Positions 11,401 through 21,188 of a DNA stretch of 64,000 nt are shown piece after piece. The stretch is from an uncultured Acidobacteriota bacterium (lineage in GTDB: Bacteria > Acidobacteriota > Vicinamibacteria > Fen-336). The translations under genes and the position numbers were made by a program. How positions within the stretch are numbered: the stretch's first letter is position 1; every line of letters begins with the position of its first letter. The stretch is taken from the NCBI GenBank assembly GCA_963744315.1, contig CAVUTB010000005.1, positions 267,899 to 331,898 on the forward strand, read 5' to 3'. The notes beneath the pieces are model-generated. The model saw nothing but the letters and a program-made list of their open reading frames with translations. It ran no database searches and was not told the DNA's origin.

Positions 11401-13664
11401 GCCGCGAGAACCGCCTCACGCCCTTCGCGAACGACCCCGTGTGCGACCCCACCGCCGAGGCGCTGTTCGTGCGCGACGACGAGACGGGCGAGGCGTGGTC
11501 GCCCTGCGTGAGGCCGATGCGACCGACGCCGGAGAGCCGCCTCGTCGTCCGTCACTCGGCGGGGCATACCCGCTTCTCGCGGCTCGCGTACGGGCTGCGC
11601 CACGAGCTCGACGTCTTCGTGGACGCGAACGATCCCGTGAAGCTCTCGCTGCTGACGCTGACCAACGAAGGCGTCACTCCTCGCCGCTTGAGCGTCTTCG
11701 CCTACAACGAGTGGATCCTCGGACCGCCCCGCGAGGGCTTCAAGCTGCACGTCGTCACGGAGCTCGACGCCGCGAGCGGGGCGATTCTCGCGCGCAATCC
11801 CTACAACGACGAACGCCAGGGGCACGTGGCCTTCGCGCACGCGAGCGAGCCGCTCGCTTCGGCGACGGCGGATCGAGCCTCGTTCCTCGGCCGCAACGGC
11901 TCGCTCGCGCACCCGGCCGCGCTCGGCCGCGAGGCGCTCTCCGGGCGCTTCGGCGCGGGCCTCGACCCCTGCGCGGCGCTTCACGTCTCCGTTCCGCTCG
12001 CCCCGGGCGAGACGCGAGCTCTCGTCTTCCTGATCGGCCAGGCAGAGGACGCCGCCACGGCCCGCGAGCTCGTGTCGCGCCACGGCTCCGCGCCGGCGGC
12101 GGCATTGGCGCTCGACGCGGTGCAAAGCGCCTGGGACCGCACCCTCGACGCCGTGCAGGTCCGCACGCCGGACGACTCGTTCGACCTGCTGATGAACCGC
12201 TGGCTGCTCTACCAGGACCTGAGCTGCCGGCTCTGGGCGCGCACCGGCTACTACCAGCCGGGCGGGGCGTTCGGCTTCCGGGATCAGCTCCAGGATGCGG
12301 CGGCGCTCGCGATCTCCCGGCCCGACCTGACGCGCGCGCATCTCCTGAAGGCCGCCGCCCGCCAGTTCGTCGAAGGCGACGTCCAGCACTGGTGGCACGA
12401 GCCGAGCGGCCGCGGCACCCGCACCCGCTGCTCGGACGACCTGCTGTGGCTGCCGTACGCGGCGGCGCACTACGTGCGGACGACCGGCGACCTGGGCGTT
12501 TTCGAGGAGCCGGTCGCGTTCCTGGAGGCGCCGCCGCTCGCGCCGGAGGCGCAGGAGGCCTACCTGCAGCCGCGCGTGTCCGCCGAGCGCGCCTCGCTCT
12601 TCGAGCACTGCCTGCGGGCGATCGACAAGGGCCTGACCGTGGGCGCGCACGGGCTGCCGCTCTTCGGCAGCGGCGACTGGAACGACGGCATGAACCGCGT
12701 CGGCTGGCAGGGCCGGGGAGAGAGCAGCTGGCTCGGCTTCTTCCTGCACGGCGTGCTCGCCGAGTTCGCGTCGCTCTGCGGCGAGCGGGGCGACGCCGAG
12801 CGCGCCGAGCGTTACCGCCGCGAGGCCGCGCGGCTCGGGGCGGTCCTCGAGCGGACCTGGGACGGCGAATGGTACAGGCGCGGGTACTTCGACGACGGCT
12901 CGACGCTCGGGTCGGCGCAGAACGAGGAGTGCCGGATCGACGCGGTCGCTCAGTCCTGGTCCGTGCTGTCGGCGGCGGTGCCGGAGCGTTTTGCCGATCG
13001 CGCCATGGATGCCGTCCGTGCGCACCTCGTCCGGCGCGGCCCCCGGCTGCTCGCCCTGCTCACGCCGCCCTTCGACCGCTCGTCGCAGGATCCCGGGTAC
13101 ATCAAGGGCTATCCGCCCGGCGTGCGGGAGAACGGCGGCCAGTACACGCACGCCGCCGTCTGGGCGGTGATGGCCATGGCCCGGCTGGGGTCGGGCGACG
13201 AAGCCGTGGAGCTCTTCCACATGCTCAACCCCGCCAATCACACGCGCCAGCTGCCGGACGTCGAGCGCTACAAGGCCGAGCCATACGTGCTCGCCGGCGA
13301 CGTGCTCGCGCACCCGTCTCACGCCGGCCGGGCCGGCTGGACCTGGTACACCGGCTCGGCGGGCTGGATGTACCGGGCCGGCCTCGAGAGCATCCTCGGC
13401 CTGCGCCGCCACGGTGCGAGCTTCGAGATCGATCCCTGCATCCCGACGTCCTGGCCGTCCTGCTCGATCGCCTGGCGCTTCGGCGCGACGCGCTACGAGC
13501 TCGAGATCGCCAACCCGGAGCGCTGCTGCCGCGGCGTCGCGCGGGCGCTGCTCGACGGAACAGCGGTCGCCGCGCACGACATCCCGCTCGTCGACGATGG
13601 CAGGCGGCACGTCCTGAAGGTCGTCCTCGGGCAGCCTCTGGCCCAGGAGGAGATCCCCGCCTGA
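5464..13664 (+). CDS. cgs: Cyclic beta-1,2-glucan synthase (GT84 + glucoamylase-like + GH94 phosphorylase domains); frameshifts near 8340 and 10350
   Basis: [119 protein letters not shown] across three consecutive frames. Confidence 0.95.
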
Positions 13665-13727
13665 ACGACTCCCCGCTGCGACGAGCGGCTCCACGAGACG
13701 TATTTTTGGGGGGGAGCGGTCGCCCGA

Positions 13728-13754
13728 TGTCGATTCCGGGGACCGTGGTTCGTG
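13728..13754 (+). promoter_or_regulatory. Putative ECF42-type sigma promoter
   Basis: TGTCGA-N17-CGTG upstream of the DHFR-like/YciI/ECF cluster; ECF42 promoters have a TGTCGA -35 and a CG(A/T)C-like -10. Confidence 0.55.
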
Positions 13755-13799
13755 TAGGGGATGAGGACCGGCGGGCGCCGGCCCCGGAGGAACCACGCC

Positions 13800-14383
13800 A
13801 TGCGCAAGATCGTCGCGGTCGTCAGCCTCACGCTCGACGGGGTCATGCAGGCGCCGGGCCGGAAAGACGAGGACACGCGCGGCGGCTTCGAGCACGGCGG
13901 CTGGGCGGGCCCCTACTTCGACCCCGTGATGATGAAGACGATGGGCGAAGGCATGGCCGGGGGCGGACCGATGCTGTTCGGACGCCGGACGTACGAGGAC
14001 TTCTACAGGGTCTGGCCCGCGCGCAAGGACAACCCGTTCTCGAAGGTGCTCGACGAGGGCACAGAAGTACGTCGCCTCGAGGACGCTCGCAGGAGCCGCT
14101 GCCGTGGCAGAATTCGACGCTCCTCCCGGGCGAGGCCGCGCAGAGCGTGGCTCGCCTCAAGGAGCAGCCCGGCAAGGACATCGTGGTGCTGGGCAGCGGA
14201 GACCTGCTGCAGACCTTGATGCGGAGCGGCCTCGTCGATCACTTCCTGCTCTCGATCCACCCGCTGGTCCTGGGGCGGGGCCGCCGCCTCTTCGACGACG
14301 ACGCCGCGCGGCGGGCGTTCCGCCTCGTGAGGAGCGTGCCCACGACCACGGGAGTCGTGATCGCGGGCTACGAGCCGGCTTGA
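13800..14383 (+). CDS. Dihydrofolate reductase-like (RibD C-terminal) protein; frameshift near 14060
   Basis: MRKIVAVVSLTLDGVMQAPG..DED..GGF..GGW, LFGRRTYE, GSGDLLQTL, IHPLVLGRGRRLF. Confidence 0.9.
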
Positions 14384-14414
14384 CGCCGGGGCCACTGGCC
14401 TCTGAGGAGCGCCG

Positions 14415-14768
14415 ATGACGCAGTACCTGATCAGCATCTACCAGCCCGACGGCGGGACGCCGCCGCCCGAGGTGCTGGAGGAGATCGGCCGCAAGCTGCA
14501 CGTCCTCAACCAGGAGATCAAGGGCGCCGGCGCCTGGGTGTTCACCGGAGGACTTCACGCTCCGAGCACGGCCACGGTGCTGCGGGCAAGGGGCGACGAC
14601 GTCGTGATGACCGACGGGCCCTACGTCGAGGGCAAGGAGCACGTCGGAGGGTTCTGGATCGTGAGCGCGCCGGATCTGGACGCGGCGCTCGGCTGGGCGC
14701 GCAAGGCGGCGCAGATCCTCACGCTGCCGATCGAGGTGCGGCCGTTCCAGAGCCGCGGAGAGTACTGA
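14415..14768 (+). CDS. YciI/DGPF-family protein
   Basis: [18 protein letters not shown] and IEVRP motifs. Confidence 0.92.
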   Translation: MTQYLISIYQPDGGTPPPEVLEEIGRKLHVLNQEIKGAGAWVFTGGLHAPSTATVLRARGDDVVMTDGPYVEGKEHVGGFWIVSAPDLDAALGWARKAAQILTLPIEVRPFQSRGEY

Positions 14769-14775
14769 CACCGGC

Positions 14776-16024
14776 TTGGACCAGGCACGGGCTTCGGAGA
14801 TCGAGCGCGTGTTCCGCGCGGAGTACGGCCGCGCGGTGGCGCGTGCTGGTCCGCGTCTTCGGCGACATCGGCGTCGCCGAGGACGCCGTCGCGGACGCCT
14901 TCACGGCCGCCGTCGAGCGCTGGCCGGCCGACGGGATGCCGCCGAGCCCGGCCGGCTGGATCATCACGACGGCCCGGCGTCGAGCGATCGACCGGCTGCG
15001 GCGGGAAGCGTCGCGCGCCGACCGCCACGCCCAGGCGGCACTGCTCCACGCACAGGACGAACCGGTCGAGGAGGGCCCGGTGCCGGACGAGCGGCTGCGG
15101 CTGATCTTCACCTGCTGCCACCCCGCGCTGTCACGCCCCGCGCAGGTCGCGCTCACGCTACGGCTCGTCGGCGGGCTCGGCACGGCCGAGATCGCGCGGG
15201 CCTTCCTGGTGCCGGAGCCGACGATGGCGCAGCGGCTGGTGCGCGCCAAAGGCAAGATCCGCGACGCCGCCATCCCGTACCGCGTGCCTCCGGCCGCCGA
15301 GCTCGCCGAGCGACTGCAGTCCGTGCTGGCCGTGGTCTACCTGATCTTCAACGAGGGCTACGCCGCGAGCTCGGGAAGCGAGCTGGTCCGCGGCGAGCTG
15401 TGCGCCGAGGCCCTGCGCCTCGGCCGGGTGCTCGCCGAGCTCCTGCCCGACGAGCCCGAGGTTCAGGGCCTGCTCGCGCTGATGCTGCTCCACGAGTCGC
15501 GCCGGGCGGCGCGGACGACGGCGGACGGCGCGCTGCTGCCGCTCGCCGAGCAGGACCGGGAGCTGTGGAATCGCGACCAGATCGCCGAAGGCCAGGCGAT
15601 CGTGCGCCGCTGCCTGCTGCGCAACGAGCCCGGCGTCTACCAGATCCAGGCGGCGATCGTCGCGGTTCACAGCGACGCGCGCTCCGCGGAGACCACCGAC
15701 TGGTCCCAGATCCTGGCGCTCTACGACCAGCTCCTCGCGCGCGAGGCGAATCCGGTCATAGCGCTCAACCGCGCCGTGGCCCTGGCCGAGATCGAAGGGC
15801 CCGCGGCGGCGCTCGAGCTCGTGGACGCGCTGGACCTCGGGGCGTACTACCTCTTCCACGCGATCCGCGCCGACCTGCTGCGGCGCCTCGGCCGGGACGC
15901 CGAAGCCGCGAAAGCGTACGAGGCGGCGATCGAGCTCACGGACAACGCCGCCGAGCGGGACTTCCTCGGGCGGCGCCTCTACGACATCGGACGAGTCATG
16001 AGGAATGCACGGACGACCTCATGA
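14776..16024 (+). CDS. ECF sigma factor, ECF42-like with C-terminal TPR/DUF6596 extension; frameshift near 14843
   Basis: [80 protein letters not shown]; next to YciI. Confidence 0.92.
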
Positions 16025-17112
16025 ATGGTCCGGGCGGGGCCCGACGTAGCGCGAGCTCGGCCGGATCAGGCGGCCGACGCGCCGGTGCTCGGCGACGTGG
16101 GCGCTCCAGCCGGCGACGCGCCCGACCGCGAAGGTGGCCGTGAAGGCCTCGCGCGGCAGGCCGACCGCTTCGAGCAGCACCGCGGTGTAGAACTCGACGT
16201 TCGCCCGCAGCGCGCGCTCCGGGTGGCGGCGCGCCAGCAGCTCCTCGGCGGCCTTCTCGACGGCGCGCGCCAGCCGCAGGCGCGAGCTCGGCGCCGAGCG
16301 GCGCTCGAGCGCCTCGACCGCCTTCTCGAGCACCGCCGCGCGCGGATCGCGGACGCGGTAGATGCGGTGGCCCATCCCCATGATGCGGCGGCCGGCCGAA
16401 AGCTCGGCCTCGAGCCAGGCGGCCGCGCGCTCCGGCGCTGCCGACCGCGTCCAGCATCTCGAGCACCAGCCCGGGCGCGCCGCCGTGGAGCGGCCCCTTG
16501 AGCGCGCCGATCGCGGCCACCACCGCCGACACCAGGTCCGAGCCCGTCGACGCGACGACGCGCGCGGCAAAGGTGGAGGCGTTCATGCCGTGCTCGGTCA
16601 CCGTCACCAGGTAGCTCTCGAGCGCGGCCGCGTGCTCGCCGCTCCCGGTGGCCATCCGCAGGTAGTCGGCGGCGTGCGGGCTCGCCGGGTCCGGACGAAG
16701 CGGCGACTGGCCGGCGTGGAGACGGCACCAGGCCGCGACGAACACCGCCGTCGCGGCGGTCACGCGGACGCGGCCTTCGCTCTCGTCGGCCGGAGCCGTC
16801 AGCTGCGCGACGGCGGCGCGAAGCGCGTCCATCGCATCCTTCGTCTCGAGGGCCCTGCCCAGGCCCGGGATCGCCTCGAAGGCCCGGACGCGCGCCTCGC
16901 CCAGCGCGGCCCGCAGGCGATCGCGCGCCTCGGGGCTGGGATCGGCGCCGTCCCAGAGCATCAGGCACGCGTCCTCGAAGCTGACGCGCCCCGCGAGCGC
17001 CTCGACGTCGTGCCCCGCGATCACGAGCCGGCCGCGCTCGCCGTCGACGTCGCTCAAGCGCCGTGCGCGCGACCTCGACGCCTTCGAGCCCGTTCGCGCC
17101 GACGGTCTCCAT
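16019..17112 (-). CDS. Citrate synthase / 2-methylcitrate synthase (frameshifts near 17060 and 16430)
   Basis: [56 protein letters not shown]. Confidence 0.92.
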
Positions 17113-17168
17113 TGCGGCCCGATCGCTGCCTGCCATGCCGCTAGTATGGCCACCGGACGAGCGGTGGA

Positions 17169-17402
17169 TCAACGCGCCGCGCGTCCTCTCCCGCGCGATG
17201 CTCGCGGTGCGAGGAGCTCCGCGGCTTTCAGCCGCAGCGCTTGCCGTTCGGACGCGTCGTCCGTCAGCCGGGCGGCCCGCAGGTACGAAGCGGCCTCCCG
17301 GCGCCGGCCGGCTTCTCCAGCCAGATCGGACGGCAGGTCCCGATTCGGGAGGTCTTCCCTGTCCTTGTCTGCGCGATTGCTCTTGAACACGCGGTCCGTC
17401 AC
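17169..17402 (-). CDS. Small hypothetical helical protein (77 aa)
   Basis: GTG start preceded by GAGGGA; sigma54-like site upstream. Confidence 0.45.
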   Translation of the reverse strand: MTDRVFKSNRADKDREDLPNRDLPSDLAGEAGRRREAASYLRAARLTDDASERQALRLKAAELLAPRASRGRGRAAR

Positions 17403-17454
17403 GCCGATCCCTCAAGAGCGACATACGCATTGTCGAGCGGATGGGCGCAGTGAG

Positions 17455-17470
17455 GCGAAGGTCATGCCAA
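17455..17470 (-). promoter_or_regulatory. Possible sigma54 promoter
   Basis: Minus strand TTGGCATGACCTTCGC, GG-N10-GC spacing, about 50 nt upstream of 17402. Confidence 0.4.
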
Positions 17471-17634
17471 GGCGAAACGACGACATTTCACACTTGCGAC
17501 CGGCGGATGACCACCATTCGAGACGACGCCACAGCCTCCTCGTTCGTACAGCGGCTTGGATTTGCGTTCGCGCCGCGTCGTGGGATGCTCCCGCGACCCG
17601 GCGGTCGCGAAGGACCGCGCATCGGAGGTGACTC

Positions 17635-18090
17635 GTGAGAAGGACGCTGAGCCTGATGACATCGCTGATCCTGGTCGCCTCCGTCTCGGGCGCTGCGACG
17701 AACGCGGAGCTTAAGGAAGAGGTGCGCCAGACCGAGACGGCGTTCGCGAAGACGATGGCGGATCGCGACCACGCGGCGTTCGCCTCGTTCCTGGCGACCG
17801 ACACCGTGTTCTTCGGACGCGGCGTGCAGCGCGGCAAGGCCGCCGTCGTCGACGCGTGGAAGGGGTTCTACCAGGGCCAGGCCGCGCCCTTCTCGTGGGC
17901 GCCCGAGAACGTCGAGGTGCTCGACTCCGGCGAGCTCGGCTTCAGCAGCGGGCCGGTCTTCGACCCCGCGGGCAAGCGGGTCGGCACGTTCAACTCCGTC
18001 TGGCGCAAGGAGAAGGACGGCAAGTGGCGGATCATCTTCGACAACGGCTGCCCTCGCTGCGACTGCGGCCAGGCCAAGCCCAACCCGTGA
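17635..18090 (+). CDS. Exported NTF2-like / DUF4440 protein
   Basis: GGAGG RBS, signal peptide, ETAFAKTMADRDHAAFASF...FNSVWRKEKDGKWRIIFDNG. Confidence 0.88.
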   Translation: MRRTLSLMTSLILVASVSGAATNAELKEEVRQTETAFAKTMADRDHAAFASFLATDTVFFGRGVQRGKAAVVDAWKGFYQGQAAPFSWAPENVEVLDSGELGFSSGPVFDPAGKRVGTFNSVWRKEKDGKWRIIFDNGCPRCDCGQAKPNP

Positions 18091-18120
18091 GGCCGCTCGG
18101 CCTTCTGGCCTGACGCGCGC

Positions 18121-19149
18121 TCAGCGCGCGTGGACGGTCTCGAGCGCGGCGATCGCCGCGCCGCGCGCGCCGGCCATGTCGAGGTCGGGCACCACCTCGA
18201 GCCGGGACGCGCGCGCCTGCTCCTCCTTGAGCGCGGTGTGCTCGCGCACCTTCGCCAGGAACCACTCGCGGAAGTGCGGGGCCGCCTCGACGACGCCGCC
18301 GCCGATGAAGTAGGCGTCGGGATCCGTGAAGTTGGCGGCGATCGTGAAGAGCCGGCCGACCGCCTGCGCCTGCTGGGCGAAGATCGCGAGCGCCATCGGG
18401 TCGCTCTCCTCGCCGTAGCCCCGCACGAGCTTGGCCGCCTTCGCGAGCGACTCGGCCTTCGTGAGCGCGTGCTCGGGGTAGCGCGACAGCCAGTACGGCA
18501 GCAGGTTCTTCTCGATCCCGGTGAGCGAGGCGATGCTCTCGGCGTCGCCCACGAAGCCGCAGTTGCACTTCGGCAGCGGCTGGTCCGGCTCGATCAGCCC
18601 GTGCAGCGGGATGTGGACGTGGCCGAGCTCGCCCGCGAAGCCCGAAGCACCCTTGATCACCTGGCCCTTCTCGATCACGCCGCCGCCGAAGCCCGTGCCG
18701 ATGATCGCCGACACCGAAGCGCGCTGCGGCGCGAGCGGCCCGAACAGCTGGTAGTGCGCGTAGAGCGCCGCCGCGTTGCCGTCGTTGTTGTAGACGACGG
18801 GCCGCTTCAGCCGGTCCTCGAGCGCGCCGCGCACGTCGAAGTTGCGCCAGCCGGGGTGGGCGAAGTTGGTCGAGCCGCGCGAGGAGATGACGCCGGTGGC
18901 GCTGGCGGGGCCGGGGGTGTCGAGCCCCACCGCACGCACGCGGTCGTGCGCGATGGCGGTCCGCGCCAGCACGTCGTCGAACGACTCGACGAGCGCCGCG
19001 AGGGCCACCTCCGGTCCCTCGGTGACCCGGCTCGGGCTCTCGAGCAGCGAAGGCACCAGGAAGCGGCCGGACGCGTCGAGCACGGTGGCGTTGTTCTTGT
19101 TGCCGCCGTTGTCGAGCCCGACTACGACCCACGCGTCGCCAGTCGCCAT
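18121..19149 (-). CDS. ROK-family sugar kinase
   Basis: GLDNGG, GLDTPGP, YNNDGNAAAL, GTGFGGG, GELGH and CNCG Zn motif; no N-terminal HTH. Confidence 0.92.
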   Translation of the reverse strand: MATGDAWVVVGLDNGGNKNNATVLDASGRFLVPSLLESPSRVTEGPEVALAALVESFDDVLARTAIAHDRVRAVGLDTPGPASATGVISSRGSTNFAHPGWRNFDVRGALEDRLKRPVVYNNDGNAAALYAHYQLFGPLAPQRASVSAIIGTGFGGGVIEKGQVIKGASGFAGELGHVHIPLHGLIEPDQPLPKCNCGFVGDAESIASLTGIEKNLLPYWLSRYPEHALTKAESLAKAAKLVRGYGEESDPMALAIFAQQAQAVGRLFTIAANFTDPDAYFIGGGVVEAAPHFREWFLAKVREHTALKEEQARASRLEVVPDLDMAGARGAAIAALETVHAR

Positions 19150-19158
19150 CTTCTTCGG

Positions 19159-20236
19159 CTAGCGGGACGACGCGGGCGCGAGCGCCGCGGCCTTGGGCAG
19201 GCCCAGCGGCTCGCGGCGGTCCGGGTAGAGGGCGCTCATCGTGCCGTCGGCGGCGATCTCGAGCGCGGCCAGGTTGCGGCCGTAGAGCGGGTTCATGCCG
19301 ACGTCGATCATCACCACGCGGCCGCCGAAGCGCGGCGTGATGCGGCCGTCGCTCGTGACGGTGTGCCCGACCACGACGGCCCGCGCGCCGATGCCCGAGA
19401 GCACGCGCTCGAGCGACGGCTGCCAGAGCGTCTCGTCCTCGCGCGCCATGCCGCGGAACCAGAGCGGCCCGCTCTCGCCCGCGGCCAGCGAGGCCTGCGG
19501 CTCCTGGCGCGTCTTGGCGAGGTCGTCGGTGATCTCCCGCTTCACGGTGGCGTTGATCGCCTCGCAGCCGAGCGCCGCCACCTCGGGGGTGAGGCCGCCG
19601 TGCAGGAACACGACGCCGTCGATCTTCACGATCGCGCGGACGCTGGCGCAGCCACTGGCCGTAGCGGCCGTCGTCCGCGAAGGCCAGGAACCGCTCGCTG
19701 TAGCCGAGGGGGAAGTCCTCCTCGAACTTCCTGCGGAAGGAGGCCTCGTCGAACGTCTGCTTCGCTTCCTTCGCCGCCTGGCGCGCGGCGATCGCGCGCG
19801 AGCGGAAGAGGTCCTCGTAGCTGCTGCGCGACTTCGGGCTCTCGAACGACTTGTACTCCTCGCGGCTCACGTAGCGCAGGTCGCCCATCACGTTCATCAC
19901 TTCGTGGTTGCCGAGCAGGGCGTGCACGCGGCCGCCGGCCTTGCGCGCCTCGCCCTCCAGCCGCATCAGCAGCTCCAGCACCTGCCGGGTGTCGCTGCCG
20001 CGGTCGGTGATGTCGCCGGTCTGCACGAAGTGGGTCTTGCCGCCGCTCCACTTGTCCTTGGCGTCGATCAGGCCCGCGAGGCGCAGCACCGCCTGGAACT
20101 CGGCGTAGGCGCCGTGGACGTCGCCGATCGCGACGACGCGCTCGACGCCCTTGAGCTCGCAGCCCTCGTCCTTCGCCGGGAGCGCGACCGGCGCGAGCGC
20201 CGCCGCGAGCAGGAGGATCGGGATCCGGTTGCGCAT
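19159..20236 (-). CDS. Exported calcineurin-like metallophosphoesterase, Shewanella-like (Shelph) PPP phosphatase; frameshift near 19635
   Basis: Signal peptide MRNRIPILLLAAALAPVALPA; GDVHG, GDITDRG, LLGNHE, FLHGG, GPLWFR, VVGHT, IDVGM. Confidence 0.9.
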
Positions 20237-20247
20237 CGCTCTCCCGC

Positions 20248-21110
20248 TCAGAACGGGAAGACCTCGACTTCGCTCTTCTTGCGCGCCAGCTCGTCGAAGT
20301 GGGCGACGATCTTGTCGCGGCGCTTCAGCAGGTCCCTGAGCGTGCCGCCCGTCAGCACCCAGGGCTTCAGCTCGCGCACGAGCGTCTCCTCGTCGAGCGC
20401 CTTGAGCTTCTCGTAGAACTCGCGGTCGATCCGCGTCATCTCCTTCATGAAGGGCATGGTGTTGGTCGCGAACGCCCGCGAGTGATCGATCAGGATCAGG
20501 TTCCATTCCTGGTCGACGAGCAGGTTGCCCGCGTTCCTGTCGATGTTGGCGATCAGGTTGTCGAAGGCGCGCTGGCGGCACACCTGCTTCGCCCAGGACA
20601 TCGGGCGCGGGCACTTCTTCTGGTCGAGGTCCTTGAGCAGCTTGCAGTTCTCGACCCAGAGCTGCAGCGACGCGAGATCGGAGCCGACGCGCCTCTCGAT
20701 CGTCGGCGGGACCATGTCGAGCCCGAGGATGCGGTCGAGCTTGTAGGCGGCGATCTCGGACTTGTACGCCTCCCAGTAGCCGCCCTTCAGTCCCGAAGGC
20801 AGGTACTTGAGCGCCGCGCTGCCGGCCATCCCGCCCGGCTCGAAGAAGGCGCGCTTCGGCTTGGTCACGCCGATCGGGATGTCGCCTATCTTTGCGATCG
20901 ACGCCGTCTTCAGGAACTCCTCGTACTCCGCGTAGTGCCCGAGCCAGACCTTGGACCCGATCGGGTCCTGGGCCTTCGGCGGTCAACCTGCGCTGGCTCG
21001 GGCGCCGCGGGCGGCGAGCCTGGGCGGCGGCGGGCGCCTGCGCATGCGACAGGCGGCGAGGCGAGCACCCAGCCGAGAAGGGCGACACCCGGCAACCGCA
21101 GCCTCCGCAT
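20248..21110 (-). CDS. Putatively exported atypical kinase-fold protein (Fam20C/Four-jointed/PI4K-like); frameshifts in the 5' 130 nt
   Basis: N-terminal MRRLRLPGVALLGWVLA + Ala/Pro linker; EEFLKTA..IPIGVTKP, AALKY, SEIAAYKLDRILGLDMVPPT, FDNLIANIDRNAGN, LILIDHSRAF. Confidence 0.8.
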
Positions 21111-21188
21111 GGCTTCGTCCTTTCGAGAAGGAGTCGAGCCGGCAGTGTACACCGGAGGCGGGCTCTGCTTTAATGCCGGCGCCTTCCG

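Noticed and set aside
5278-13895. Long antisense ORFs (1070, 745 and 1243 aa)
   Set aside because: Shadow ORFs opposite cgs, expected from high-GC codon bias; no recognisable motifs
4792-14383. Giant ORFs of 1896 and 2006 aa suggesting novel fusions (including a Cgs-DHFR fusion)
   Set aside because: They are frame-hopping pieces of cgs running on through stop-poor GC-rich frames; the true cgs stop is at 13664 and the DHFR-like gene starts at 13800
18032-21088. 1018-aa ORF appearing to fuse kinase, phosphatase and ROK regions
   Set aside because: Only the phosphatase part is in frame; each gene has its own start and stop
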